The notes under the pieces were generated by a model. That model ran no database searches. It was not told where the DNA came from and saw only the letters and a program-made list of their open reading frames with translations. Of a DNA stretch of 64,000 nt, positions 38,698-49,018 are shown one piece after another. The stretch comes from Candidatus Bathyarchaeota archaeon. GTDB taxonomy: Archaea > Thermoproteota > Bathyarchaeia > Bathyarchaeales > Bathycorpusculaceae. Made by a program: the position numbers and the translations under genes. Within the stretch, counting starts at the first letter, position 1; each line of letters begins with the position of its first letter. The stretch covers positions 288,001-352,000 of the forward strand of contig CAWHDT010000003.1 in NCBI GenBank assembly GCA_963828195.1, given 5' to 3'.

Positions 38698-39585
38698 CTA
38701 AAGAAGCGGCAGAATAACCAGACCCATGATTAATCCGCCCGCTAACCCCAGCATGATTGGGAAAGGCAAACCTGGAAAGATCCCTTTCTTTTCAAGTATG
38801 AAAAAAGTTATGATTGAACCCGCCATGATGCCCACGATTGAAACTAAGCATGGAAGTATTCCTAAGGGATAGCTGACTGAGTTGATGTAGGTGAAGAACA
38901 TGGAGCCGGTTAACATGGAGTAGAATACTAAGTCGCCGAGCCCCATCTGAATGTCTTTAAAGGAGAAGCTTAAGCCTTGAAGCTGATCCATTCCTCCTGA
39001 CGACTGAGCAATTTTTCCTACGGGACCACGATAAACCGCAAATACATCGTACACTGCCAGAAACGCTAGAATTAACACTGCACTCCACAGCGGGATTGCC
39101 CATCCGAAGAAAATGCCCAAGGCGCCGCCGATGCCTACAACAGCTACGTTGCGCGGTATGTTGCCCAGTCGGAAGATGGCGAGGTCAAACAGCACCATAA
39201 TAACAACGGACACCGCGATGAGCAAATACAGGTTTTCAAGGATTGGGAAATCGGCGAAAAGTGCATTGAGGTAAACAAGGGCTAAGAGCAGAGAAGCGGC
39301 GGACATGGCAACGACGATTAAGCCTTTGATGATATTTTTGCTTCGTCGTTTAAGCAGGAGATAAAATATGGTTGCGCTGATTGCGATGAGGACAACGAAG
39401 TATAATGCGTTGCCAAAGGGGGCTGAAGCGCTGTTGCCGCTTATAGGCGTAATAGGTGGAGCTGTTGACTGAGGCTGAGGCTTGAGCAAGTAAGCGCAGC
39501 CTAAACCGAAAACGAGGCTTGCCAGTATCGGAAGCAAATAGACAGTTTGAAACTTGAATTTGTCCAGCTTATCTTGTTCGGTCAC
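38698..39585 (-). CDS. Presenilin/SPP-like GxGD intramembrane aspartyl protease
   Basis: LAVYDVFAV, MGLGDLVFY, FPGLP; about 9 TM. Confidence 0.9.
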   Translation of the reverse strand: MTEQDKLDKFKFQTVYLLPILASLVFGLGCAYLLKPQPQSTAPPITPISGNSASAPFGNALYFVVLIAISATIFYLLLKRRSKNIIKGLIVVAMSAASLLLALVYLNALFADFPILENLYLLIAVSVVIMVLFDLAIFRLGNIPRNVAVVGIGGALGIFFGWAIPLWSAVLILAFLAVYDVFAVYRGPVGKIAQSSGGMDQLQGLSFSFKDIQMGLGDLVFYSMLTGSMFFTYINSVSYPLGILPCLVSIVGIMAGSIITFFILEKKGIFPGLPFPIMLGLAGGLIMGLVILPLL

Positions 39586-39590
39586 GTTGC

Positions 39591-40142
39591 TTACCCTAAA
39601 TTGCTAATAGCTAATGCCGCTTGCAAATAACACTGGTCACACAATAAGCTTTGCTTTTTATCCGTATCAAAAATAGAGTTGGAAAAATGCATAACGCATA
39701 AACTTCGAGGGCAATGCTGCAGACCCAACGTGTGACCTAATTCGTGAATTGACTCCTTTAAGACTCGCGATGCAAAAACGGTTGAGCCAGCGTTTTCTCC
39801 ATAAAACTGGGACTTAAGCCGCCACAGTGAAATCAAAGCGGCTCGTCCAGGAGTGTATGCTTCACCAAACACATAGTTCAACTCGGGCACAAAAATGTCA
39901 ACATCAACAACGCCCAAAACCCTGTGAAACGTCTCGTTTTTGGATCCAAAAGCTTTTACCTCATTAAGAATCACGCTTGAATTGTATTGGTTGCGTTTTT
40001 TATCAAAAGCCAACTTGGAAACAGGCAGGGCTTTCTTAATAATCGTGCAGGCTACGTCAGGAAAAGTTTTCACTAAACCCTGCTCAATCCCGGTTAGCAC
40101 ATCAGGGGATACTTCGCCAATAGCCAAAATACCTATCTTCAT
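39591..40142 (-). CDS. amzA: Archaemetzincin Zn protease
   Basis: HELGHTLGLQHC...CVMHFS...LCDQC. Confidence 0.93.
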   Translation of the reverse strand: MKIGILAIGEVSPDVLTGIEQGLVKTFPDVACTIIKKALPVSKLAFDKKRNQYNSSVILNEVKAFGSKNETFHRVLGVVDVDIFVPELNYVFGEAYTPGRAALISLWRLKSQFYGENAGSTVFASRVLKESIHELGHTLGLQHCPRSLCVMHFSNSIFDTDKKQSLLCDQCYLQAALAISNLG

Positions 40143-40151
40143 AATAACAGC

Positions 40152-41417
40152 CTATATCTCGTAGGTTTCTCCAGTCCTCGGCGCCACAGCATCCAACCCT
40201 AACTCGGCCTTCGCCCAATTCGCCAAAAGCTCGCAGTTGCCTTCGGCGCCGTGGACACAGAAAACTTTGGGTTTGCCGCCAAGCCGACGCAGCCCCTCTT
40301 TGAGCTGACTAGCGCCGCAGTGGGAGGAGAAATCAAAATGGCGGTACTGTGCCTTAACCTTGCTTACTTTTCCATCTATCGTGGTGACACCCTTGTCCAT
40401 CAGTTGTTTTCCAGGTGTTCCAGGAATCTGGTAACTGACCAGAAAAATAGAATTCGTTGCTTTCTTTGCTATTTTGGAGAGATAAAACTGTGATGGACCA
40501 CCTTTCAGCATGCCTGCAGGCGAGATAACTAGCCCCGGGTCCTTCGCGGCTCTTCGCCGATCACGCCATCCATCAACCCAATCCAGCGAGTGTATTGCAT
40601 TCACAAAAAGCCTTGGATCCCTAAGGAACTCTTTGTGATCCATGATTATTCGGCTAGCTTCCCGAGCCATCCCATCTAAAACAACAGGAAACTCAAAGTG
40701 ATTTGCTGCTAAAACGCAGGCGATTTCCTGAGCGCGCCCCACACCGAACGCGGGCACCAGAACTGTTCCGCCTCGCTCAACCACTTCAGTCGCCGCCTCA
40801 ACAAAATTCTTCTCAAGCTCAGGGCGCGGGGTATGATCCTCACTTGCATAGGTGCTTTCGGTGACAACGGCATCTAAATCTCCATAATCCATCGTTGCGC
40901 CTTTAAGCAGTTTGCTGTCTTCCATATTGTAGTCGCCAGTGAAAAGAATCTTCTTTCCGTCCGCTTCAACAAGCACCTGGGCGCTACCGGGCGTATGACC
41001 TGCATCAAACAGTTTAATCTTCATGTCGCCGATGGTTTCTTCAACCCCAAAATCCAAATGCCTGTTGTTATGCATCATGGCGTCAAGCTCAAGATATTCA
41101 AAAGGCAAATAGTAACCGGACAAATGAATAAAATCCTGAATAAGAACCTGCGTTAACTCTAAATTAAGCCTATTCGTGTACAGCGGCTTCTTATCGTTAA
41201 TATAAAACATCGGCACAGCGCCCGAGTGGTCAAGATGGCTGTGAGTTAAAACCACTGCGTTAACTTCTTTTGGCGGAACATGCATTGGGAAACCCGGTTC
41301 ATGATCAAGCATGACGCCGTAATCTAACACAACTTTACTTTTCTCTGACTTAACAGTTATACCGATTCTGCCAACTTCTCTTGCGCCGCCCAAAAATCCA
41401 ACTTGCAAGCAAACCAA
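40152..41417 (-). CDS. Metallo-beta-lactamase beta-CASP ribonuclease (lacks KH domains, aCPSF2-like)
   Basis: GGAREVGR, THSHLDH, AGHTPGS, FTGD, ESTY, GRAQE, FSSH, VHG. Confidence 0.92.
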   Translation of the reverse strand: MVCLQVGFLGGAREVGRIGITVKSEKSKVVLDYGVMLDHEPGFPMHVPPKEVNAVVLTHSHLDHSGAVPMFYINDKKPLYTNRLNLELTQVLIQDFIHLSGYYLPFEYLELDAMMHNNRHLDFGVEETIGDMKIKLFDAGHTPGSAQVLVEADGKKILFTGDYNMEDSKLLKGATMDYGDLDAVVTESTYASEDHTPRPELEKNFVEAATEVVERGGTVLVPAFGVGRAQEIACVLAANHFEFPVVLDGMAREASRIIMDHKEFLRDPRLFVNAIHSLDWVDGWRDRRRAAKDPGLVISPAGMLKGGPSQFYLSKIAKKATNSIFLVSYQIPGTPGKQLMDKGVTTIDGKVSKVKAQYRHFDFSSHCGASQLKEGLRRLGGKPKVFCVHGAEGNCELLANWAKAELGLDAVAPRTGETYEI

Positions 41418-41463
41418 TCCTTGTCGTAAATTCGTTTAATGTTTAAAAAGGAACTGTGCTGTT

Positions 41464-42069
41464 TTAAATATGTATTGACCCTCTTGATGCCTGAGCTGAT
41501 ACGGAACCCTTCTTGATTGCCTTCAAAACGGCGTCAACATCAAACGAAGCCTCAATTTTTGTGCAGACACTGAACAGCTCTGACAGTTGATGCGCGTCGC
41601 TGCCCGCTGTTCCAGGCAAACCCATACTCTTAGCAAGCTCCTTCGCCTCGCTGTTCGCCGCAGCCGTGGACCCGCCATTTAAAACTTCAATAGCGTCAAC
41701 TTTGTAGTTTCTCGCTGAATCGCCCATGCCGTACTGGCGAAAAGGATGCGCCACAATCGAAACCGCACCGATGCTTTTGGCGTAGTCAACCACAGCTTCA
41801 GGTGTCCATGGTCTAGGCGGCAACTCCTCGGTGCCCAAAACCAGCATATCCCCATTTTGAGTGCTGATTTCAACGCCGGGAATAATTAAGATGTCAGGAT
41901 AAGCCGAAGCCAACTCAACTGTAGCTCGGCAGCCTCTTACGCTGTCGTGGTCTGTTACGGCTGCAACCTTAATGAAGCTGTGAGCTGCAAGCTGGTCAAC
42001 CAAAGTTTTGGGTTGAATCAGAGAATCACTGGAATAAACTGTGTGAATATGCAAATCAGCTTGAATCAA
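41464..42069 (-). CDS. PHP-domain phosphoesterase
   Basis: DLHIHT, VTDHD, PGVEIS, AHPF, GSDAH. Confidence 0.92.
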   Translation of the reverse strand: MIQADLHIHTVYSSDSLIQPKTLVDQLAAHSFIKVAAVTDHDSVRGCRATVELASAYPDILIIPGVEISTQNGDMLVLGTEELPPRPWTPEAVVDYAKSIGAVSIVAHPFRQYGMGDSARNYKVDAIEVLNGGSTAAANSEAKELAKSMGLPGTAGSDAHQLSELFSVCTKIEASFDVDAVLKAIKKGSVSAQASRGSIHI

Positions 42070-43697
42070 GGTTGTTCGCTCAGCTGTCTGCGCAGAATGT
42101 TCTCTAAACGAACTAAAATCTCTTTGCTTCCTGCCACTTCGGCATCAACAGAATCAAACGCGAGCCCCTTTGCTTTGCATGTTGACTTGCAGGCTTTTTT
42201 AACGGTGTCTTTCCAAAGTTTCGGGTCGTTGAGCAAAACAACACCCATGTACGATGTGCGTTTGATGTATTCGCTGGTTTGATTTGCAACGTAGCTTATG
42301 GTTTCTAGGTCAAGGGGCAAAGCAGCTTCATGTTGGCTGAGCGGGTAAACCTCGTCAAGCTCCAGCGGAACCACCCCAAACGGCGCAGAGTAGACGCAAA
42401 TGTGAATTTTCGAAGCCAATTCGTCGCCTAAGACGCGGAGAAGGTGCCTAATCTTCTTAAACTCAGGCGCGCTATGGAAGGGTTTATTCCTTGTTTGCGG
42501 CACCAGAAAAAGAACCTTCGCGGCAGCGGGCGGGTCATATTGGGCGTTTAATCGTTTGCGGTAATGGGTTATTTCGGGACGCACAAGACCCACTGAATCA
42601 AAGTAGAAGAAGCCGTTGCCTTTCACGGTTGGACTGTACTTTTCAAGAAAATCGTCATGTCCCCGCAATCTTTTAAGAGCTGAAAGCAACGCTGGATGTC
42701 CATGAACCCGCATTTCCGTATGCTCCCAAAGCCTGCCGTTTCGTATCGCTTGCTTGATGCGTTTAAGCTCGGCTTGGCAAACGTAGAGGTTATGTTCAGC
42801 TAGGAAAACTTCTTTTTCGCCCTTCGATTTTTTCTCCAGTTCCTTCGGGGTATCCGCGGCGCATCTGGGGCAGCAGCATGGAAAATAATCCATTTCTTCA
42901 AGGCGCCACGTGCCATTCTCAGTCATGTAGCGGTTTTCCCTTGCATACAATGCGTAAGCTGCTGAATCAAATAGGTCACATCCTAACGCCGTCGCCAACG
43001 AGAACATGGCTGGGTGCCCAGCGCCAAACAGGTGCAGGGGGCGCTCAATCGGTAAGCCTTTTTTAGCCGTTAAAATCATGTCGGCTAAAACATCGTAGCG
43101 GTAGCTCTGCATGACTTCCGTTGGGCTTCCCAGCGCGTGGATTTGGAACGGTAGCTTTCCCATTTCAAGCGCTGATTTTGCCACAAGGTCCAAGTGCCTG
43201 CCGCCCTGAATCGGTCCAACCCATAAAATGTCGTCTCGTCTTTTGGTTTCGAAAAAAGCTTTTGCTCTATGCAAGGTTTCAGCTACAGTTCCTTCTGCTT
43301 GCTCTTTAGTTATTTTCCAGCCTGTGGGGATGTCAAGCATGGTGGCGATGTCGCTGCCGATGCCTTCTTGGTAAGCAACGATTTCCGCTTGGCTGACATC
43401 TACTTCCCCGTAAACGAGGATTTGGTAGGCTCCTGAATCCGTCATTACTGCGCCGTCGAAGTCCAGAAATTTATGCAAGCCTTCATGAACGGGTTTTTCG
43501 TCGTACCGTTTTTTGAGTATGTATGCGTTGGTTATGATTGCTTCAAAACCGAAGGTTTCCTTCAGCTTCTTTGGCGGAACCAGCTGGATGCTGGGGTTGA
43601 TTACTGGGAATAAGAGGGGTGTTTCCACTGTTCCACTTTTAGTTTTTAGTTTGCCGATTCTGCCAAGCAAATCTTTTTCTTTTATTTCGAAACTCAA
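42066..43697 (-). CDS. tgtA: Archaeosine tRNA-guanine(15) transglycosylase
   Basis: ETPLLFPVINP, MTDSGAYQ, HLFGAGHP, GCDLFDSAAY, Zn-binding CCCPRC...HN. Confidence 0.96.
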   Translation of the reverse strand: MSFEIKEKDLLGRIGKLKTKSGTVETPLLFPVINPSIQLVPPKKLKETFGFEAIITNAYILKKRYDEKPVHEGLHKFLDFDGAVMTDSGAYQILVYGEVDVSQAEIVAYQEGIGSDIATMLDIPTGWKITKEQAEGTVAETLHRAKAFFETKRRDDILWVGPIQGGRHLDLVAKSALEMGKLPFQIHALGSPTEVMQSYRYDVLADMILTAKKGLPIERPLHLFGAGHPAMFSLATALGCDLFDSAAYALYARENRYMTENGTWRLEEMDYFPCCCPRCAADTPKELEKKSKGEKEVFLAEHNLYVCQAELKRIKQAIRNGRLWEHTEMRVHGHPALLSALKRLRGHDDFLEKYSPTVKGNGFFYFDSVGLVRPEITHYRKRLNAQYDPPAAAKVLFLVPQTRNKPFHSAPEFKKIRHLLRVLGDELASKIHICVYSAPFGVVPLELDEVYPLSQHEAALPLDLETISYVANQTSEYIKRTSYMGVVLLNDPKLWKDTVKKACKSTCKAKGLAFDSVDAEVAGSKEILVRLENILRRQLSEQP

Positions 43698-43848
43698 CGC
43701 TGAAGCCTAAACAAGAATCACAGGTCAATTATAAAAAACACTAGCCTGCAAAATCGCTTAACGGCAACGACGGATTGATGCTGCACCTTTAATTCGGCAA
43801 CCTTATATCGTATTGATTTGTCTAATAGCGACAACGGAGATGCCACTC

Positions 43849-44601
43849 ATGGTTTGCTCAATAGACATAAGTGAAAGACCCCAACTGAACAATCCGATTC
43901 TAATTGAAGGGTTGCCTGGAATAGGATTTGTAGCAAACATTGCAGCACTACATTTAATTCGGGAGCTGAAAGCTAAACGGTTCGTCCAGATTTTTTCCTC
44001 CTCATTTCAAGATTTTGCGGTAACAACCGAAGAGGGCGGCGCACTTTCACCTATAAATGAGCTCTATTACGTGAAGCGGGAAGACAGCGGACGAGACTTA
44101 ATTATCTGGTATGGAAACACGCAGGCACTGACCACCGTTGGGCAATACGAGCTTGTCGGCAAAGTGCTCGATTTAGCTCAGGAGTTTGGCTGCCGATTTG
44201 TAATATCCGTCGGAGGATTCAAGAAAGATGAGGTGCAGCCGATACCCGCGATTTACAGTACAGCCACGGATTTGGATACGATGCAGGAAGCGCTTGATTT
44301 AGGCACTAAAGTGATGGTTGGGCACGTCTTCGGCATCGCCGGCTTATCCGTTGGTTTAGCAGGGATTAAAGACATGAAGGGTTTCTCTTTGTTGGTTGAT
44401 ACGCCGGGAATGGACCCCGACGTGAACGCTGCAAAGTACGCTTTGACTACGCTTGGTAAATACCTGAAGCTTAACGTTGACTTATTCAAGCTTGAAGAAA
44501 GCGGCTGCGAAATAAAGAAAGTTTTAGAGTCCTTTGGTATTGTCAGAACGATTACAGAAGAAAAGAAGAAAGAGGAAGAGCAACTGCGCTGGTTTATTTA
44601 G
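43849..44601 (+). CDS. PAC2-family proteasome assembly chaperone-like protein
   Basis: LIEGLPGIGFVANIAA, GNTQ, ISVGG, PDVNAA. Confidence 0.9.
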   Translation: MVCSIDISERPQLNNPILIEGLPGIGFVANIAALHLIRELKAKRFVQIFSSSFQDFAVTTEEGGALSPINELYYVKREDSGRDLIIWYGNTQALTTVGQYELVGKVLDLAQEFGCRFVISVGGFKKDEVQPIPAIYSTATDLDTMQEALDLGTKVMVGHVFGIAGLSVGLAGIKDMKGFSLLVDTPGMDPDVNAAKYALTTLGKYLKLNVDLFKLEESGCEIKKVLESFGIVRTITEEKKKEEEQLRWFI

Positions 44602-45021
44602 GCTTTGACTTCGCTCATGAATTGTTCGTATACTTTTTGCACTCGGTCAGCGGCTGGACCTGAACCTTCAACAACGCCTTTTTCGGTTAGTTTCACTTTG
44701 TCCATTACCCATATGAAGCCTTTGTCTTCGTACAGTTTAACCATGGTTGGGAAGACTTTTTCAAGTCTGTTCAGCTAGGGCTTTTAGGTCGAAGGGTTTT
44801 TCTGCGCTTGATATTTGAGCAACCACGTTTCCATTTAGGAAAACTCGGTGAAGCAAGGTTCCAATTTCGTCTTTTGCATCAGCGAGACATAGGCTCATGT
44901 TGTCCTGGTTGATGCCGATGAGTGTGCCGTTGAATATTTTTCCAGTAGTTGTCGCTACAGATATAGTTTTATCTGCTAAGGCTGCGACTTCGGTGAAATA
45001 CTTTCTTTGTGCTACAGACAA
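44598..45021 (-). CDS. Augmented Sm-like protein (SmAP3 type), frameshifted near 44770
   Basis: Sm fold (GKIFNGTLIGI..MSLCLADA, FLNGNVV); after one extra base continues RLEKVFPTMVKLYEDKGFIWVMDKVKLTEKGVVEGSGPAADRV. Confidence 0.88.
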
Positions 45022-45129
45022 GTTTATTTCTCCTTTAAAGCAACGATATTGCACTACCACTATTTATCTTTAAGCGCCTTCCCCGAAAACGACTATTAAA
45101 CCATGAGTCATTTTTGTAAGAAATTAATT

Positions 45130-45306
45130 TTACATTTTTCTATACGACAGAAAGAAAAAATAAGTGTTCATTGCAGCGAAGCCAAGTATCCATAGTGCTT
45201 TCGCATAAAGCATAAGGTCAAAGTAGGCAGGCACACAACCGAAGCCTAAAAGTATAAGACCACAAAAACCCACGGTTTCCTTTTTTAAGCCCAAACTTTT
45301 TGACAT
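45130..45306 (-). CDS. 58-aa two-TM small membrane protein
   Basis: Manual translation MSKSLGLKKETVGFCGLILLGFGCVPAYFDLMLYAKALWILGFAAMNTYFFFLSYRKM. Confidence 0.55.
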   Translation of the reverse strand: MSKSLGLKKETVGFCGLILLGFGCVPAYFDLMLYAKALWILGFAAMNTYFFFLSYRKM

Positions 45307-45479
45307 CAACAGCTTTCAAGCTCTACAATAATCTTTGCGGGATATAACGGAAATAAAGCTTATCGACCGAAAATATACATACTAAATAGATTGGCGGTTT
45401 TTCTATGTTGGTTGTCTACGAATTTGATAATCTGTGCGTTGATTTCTGACGTGCTTGTTAAAAGAGTCAAGTTTTGATT

Positions 45480-45794
45480 TTATTGTTTATCGCCGAAGAT
45501 TTCAAAGAAGCCCTGCATTTTCCAGTAAGTATCCAGGAATTCCAAGCCGCGTGGGGTGGCAAAATAGAGGGTTTGTTGGTCGGCTGTGAGTTTTCTCACT
45601 AAGCCGTAGTCTGACAGGGACTCAAGTATTTTTCGTAGGCGGTCGATGGGTGTTCCTACTCCATAGGAGATGCGGGTTATTTTTCCGCCTTCAGGGTAAC
45701 GAATAAGCACCTCCAAGACTTGAGCGTAGAGATCAGTTTTGGAACGCTTAACACTATGCTCTCTCATGGACGGTTCCCCAGGCAATTCCTTCAA
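45480..45794 (-). CDS. Archaeal winged-HTH transcriptional regulator
   Basis: RSKTDLYAQVL, ITRISY, YFATPRGLEFL. Confidence 0.85.
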   Translation of the reverse strand: MKELPGEPSMREHSVKRSKTDLYAQVLEVLIRYPEGGKITRISYGVGTPIDRLRKILESLSDYGLVRKLTADQQTLYFATPRGLEFLDTYWKMQGFFEIFGDKQ

Positions 45795-47086
45795 AGGAGC
45801 GGATTTGGCAACTCCTCAACTTTTTTTGCAGGTTCACTTACCGCTGCTCCAAAGTCAACTTTTAGTTCGTCGGTGTAGGTTATTTGTGTTGCAGCGGAAC
45901 CCTGTTCCAACGTTGCCTTGTGAGCAAAAACGTGGCCCGCTCTACACATTGCGCCGATCACCACTTCTGAAGCGTAAATATCCCCAACCATAGTTCCTGC
46001 TCCCGCCGCCGCCAAATTACTCCACCAACCACCAAAACTCAAATCAGCGTTTTTACCTATCTCAACGCGCTCACCAACTAAGAAGCCGTCTAATCGAGTT
46101 CCACTGCGTACGCTAACGACTTTAGCTTTCAGTCCCTGCTTAACATCTATTTTGCCGCTGATATCTGCCTCTTCCCGAACAACAATCTTGTTTGCAGAAA
46201 ATTTACCGCTCACTCGCAAGTGTTCGCTTTCAAAATCATGGGCTACTTCTGTTACGCCATTGCCCTCAAATCGGTCGGAGACCACGAGTGAGCCAGCCAC
46301 CCAAAGTCTTCCGACTAACTCAATTTTCTGCGCTTTGCAGTCGCCATGTATTTCGATGACGCCCCCCGCCTGAATATACTCGCAGGTTAGGTCTCCGTCA
46401 ACCTCAAGTTTGCCTAGAGTTGATATCTTGCGTCCTTTGCAGCCTGCGGGTAAATTGCCTTTGCCGTAGACCAGCAGTTCCCCAAATTCCAAAGGCTTGG
46501 TGCTTCTGAATTTTCCACCGACCCGAATGTTTCCCAGGATGGATCCTCCGCCTACGTCGGCTTCGCCCCCAACGTCAAGGTCACCTATTTTGACTACTCC
46601 GAGAGCAACTACTTTGCCGCCAACTCGAACACTTGACGCTTCAAAGGTACCTTGTATGTCTACGCGTCCACCTACTCGAATTCTGTCGCATTTGATGGCT
46701 CCAGCCTCTACTTTTCCGCCCACATCAATGTCTGATGCGTTGATTGCGCCGATGGCTTTCACTGAGTGACTTACACTGAGTTGCTTATGAACTGTCAAGT
46801 TGCCGTTTACCTCGAGCTTACCAACGTATCGGCCTGTCAAGTCAAGCCTTGCTCTTTGACCGCCCGCGCTAATTTCCCCATGTTTAGACAGGAATAGTCC
46901 AGATTCTATAGTGTCGCATTCAAGGTCACAGTTCACATAAGCTTTGCCTTCAAGGTAAACGCCGCCGGAGACGACGACGTTTTTGCCGTTGATAGCTTGG
47001 ATGGTTGCGTTGTTGCCGACTTTGAGGTCGCCCTCCACTTTATCAAGGGTCACGGTTTGTCCACGCGGTATATGTAAGTCTGACAT
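45791..47086 (-). CDS. Long bactofilin-like (polymer-forming) beta-helix protein
   Basis: Numerous (I/V)xVGG and V.G.L repeats along the whole length; no signal peptide. Confidence 0.7.
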   Translation of the reverse strand: MSDLHIPRGQTVTLDKVEGDLKVGNNATIQAINGKNVVVSGGVYLEGKAYVNCDLECDTIESGLFLSKHGEISAGGQRARLDLTGRYVGKLEVNGNLTVHKQLSVSHSVKAIGAINASDIDVGGKVEAGAIKCDRIRVGGRVDIQGTFEASSVRVGGKVVALGVVKIGDLDVGGEADVGGGSILGNIRVGGKFRSTKPLEFGELLVYGKGNLPAGCKGRKISTLGKLEVDGDLTCEYIQAGGVIEIHGDCKAQKIELVGRLWVAGSLVVSDRFEGNGVTEVAHDFESEHLRVSGKFSANKIVVREEADISGKIDVKQGLKAKVVSVRSGTRLDGFLVGERVEIGKNADLSFGGWWSNLAAAGAGTMVGDIYASEVVIGAMCRAGHVFAHKATLEQGSAATQITYTDELKVDFGAAVSEPAKKVEELPNPLL

Positions 47087-47160
47087 GATTTCTAGTTTAC
47101 CTCCAGCGCTTTTAAGGGTAATTCACTTTGTGTTATTCCAACCGTATAGTAAGTCTCCTT

Positions 47161-48021
47161 TTATTCTGCCTTTAAGGCATTTCGTGCGATCAAATATCCA
47201 ATTGCTGCAAGGACTACAGCGAAGACGGCTAGGTACAGCATGTTTCCAGCTAGAGTTGACAGTTGCCCTGAGGAGAGATTGCCGTTCACTATGAGCAGCC
47301 TGGCGGTTTCGCAAGCCGTTGTGATTGGGTTAACTTCAGCGATTCCTTTGAGCCATGATGGGAAGTTTCCCAAGGGAAATATGGCGCTGCTCATAAAAAC
47401 CAATGGAAAGGCCAGAAAATTAACTATCGCAACTAGCGAATCAACTTGCTTTACTGAGTAGGCAAGTGCGGTGAAGAGACAGCCGAATCCGAACGTCAAG
47501 AGTCCAAAAGCAACAAAAATGCCGATAAAGTTAAGCACTCCGAAACCCGTGCCAACTTGTAACCCGTTTGGAAGAAGAAACCCAACCACGAACGTCAGCA
47601 AAGCTATGAACATGGCTTTCACAAAGTTCTGCATTACGCCGGAAAAAAATATTGATGCTCTGGATATAGGTGCGCTCAGTAGAGAGTTAAGGTAGCCTAG
47701 TTGTCTATCAAGTACTAAGTCGATTCCGCCGTAGGCAGCATTGATTATAACTACAAATGAGATTACGCCCGCTGTGAGGAAAGTTATGTAGTTTGCTGTA
47801 CCGCCAAACACAGAAGCAATCGCAGCTCTAATCTGTACCACCAAAACAGGTGACAACGCGGTGCCCCCGATTTGTGTGGGAACAAGATTGGCGGGGTTAA
47901 ATGAACTTCCAAACAGCGCTAGCCAAAAGACAGCCATGAATAATCCAGGCATCATGGCGGCGGGGTTTCGTATCCATTTTTTTAGGAAACGATTTGTCAA
48001 AGCTATAGTGTCGCCGAACAT
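47161..48021 (-). CDS. ABC-2 type transporter permease
   Basis: DRQLGYL..LLSAPISR, FMSSAIFP..FPSWL..NPIT; 6 TM. Confidence 0.92.
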   Translation of the reverse strand: MFGDTIALTNRFLKKWIRNPAAMMPGLFMAVFWLALFGSSFNPANLVPTQIGGTALSPVLVVQIRAAIASVFGGTANYITFLTAGVISFVVIINAAYGGIDLVLDRQLGYLNSLLSAPISRASIFFSGVMQNFVKAMFIALLTFVVGFLLPNGLQVGTGFGVLNFIGIFVAFGLLTFGFGCLFTALAYSVKQVDSLVAIVNFLAFPLVFMSSAIFPLGNFPSWLKGIAEVNPITTACETARLLIVNGNLSSGQLSTLAGNMLYLAVFAVVLAAIGYLIARNALKAE

Positions 48022-48022
48022 T

Positions 48023-49018
48023 TTACTTCATCCTCTCAATTAAAACGCGTTGTCCATACGAGTCGCCGTTTGCTGCACCATCTCGCATTGTGTTGCCTGT
48101 GATTTGCAGGAAAACTTGGTCCAGTGTGGGCTTAGCTAAAGTGATGTCTGAAATTTTGAGCCCTTTCTTATTCACGGTTTCAACTATGTTTGGGAGAGCG
48201 GTTTCGGTTCTTGTGAGCTTGATTTTGTATGTGTCGCCTTCTTTAGTTACGTCGGTAACGTCGTCTACTCCTTTGAGCAGGGTGGATATGTCAGCAGTGC
48301 CTGTTAATTGCAGAGTCAGAATAGTGCCGCCAAGTTTAGCTTTTAACTCCGAAGGCGAACCCGACAGCTTAATTACTCCGCCATCTATGATTGCGATTCT
48401 ATCGCATAGGGAGTCGGCTTCCTCCAAGTAATGAGTAGTCATAAACACAGTGATGCCTTTTTTGCGGTTAAGGTCTCGAATGTAGGTCCACATGTTCTGT
48501 CTTGTTTGGATATCCAACCCCAATGTTGGCTCATCTAGAAACAGGATTTTAGGTTCGTGAATAAGTCCCATCGCAAGTTGCAGACGCCTCCGCATACCGC
48601 CCGAATAAGTTTTAACTTGCCTTTGCGCAGCGCCTTCAAGCTCCAAAAGCTCAAACAACTCCTTCGCCTTTCTACGCGCTTGGTCATTTGTAACGTGGTG
48701 GAGCTTTGCCGAGAGCAACAGGTTTTCTGAGCCTTTCAATTCGTCGTCTGCCGTTAGTTCTTGAGGTACAACCCCAATGATTTTTCGGATTGCATCAGGG
48801 TTTTTGGCTACGTCGTAGCCTCCTACTGAAGCCTTGCCTTCGGTTACAGAAGCCAAGGTTGTGAGCATTTTGATTGTGGTGGTTTTTCCTGCCCCATTGG
48901 GTCCTATAAAACCGAATAGTTCGCCTTCTTCCACAGAAAAAGAAATGTGGTCAACGGCTTTGACGGTTTTTTTGTAAGTTTTAGCGAGGTTTATAGCCTC
49001 AATTATGTTGTTTTTCAT
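48023..49018 (-). CDS. ABC transporter ATP-binding protein (DrrA-like)
   Basis: GPNGAGKTT, YSGGM, LFLDEPT, TTHY. Confidence 0.95.
   Translation of the reverse strand: MKNNIIEAINLAKTYKKTVKAVDHISFSVEEGELFGFIGPNGAGKTTTIKMLTTLASVTEGKASVGGYDVAKNPDAIRKIIGVVPQELTADDELKGSENLLLSAKLHHVTNDQARRKAKELFELLELEGAAQRQVKTYSGGMRRRLQLAMGLIHEPKILFLDEPTLGLDIQTRQNMWTYIRDLNRKKGITVFMTTHYLEEADSLCDRIAIIDGGVIKLSGSPSELKAKLGGTILTLQLTGTADISTLLKGVDDVTDVTKEGDTYKIKLTRTETALPNIVETVNKKGLKISDITLAKPTLDQVFLQITGNTMRDGAANGDSYGQRVLIERMK

Noticed and set aside
38400-38700. Replication origin
   Set aside because: No ORB-like motif with a G-string and no cdc6/orc1 nearby.
38310-38701. Three short ORFs between hisS and presenilin
   Set aside because: Low-complexity translations of GAA/CTT tracts; no protein-like features.
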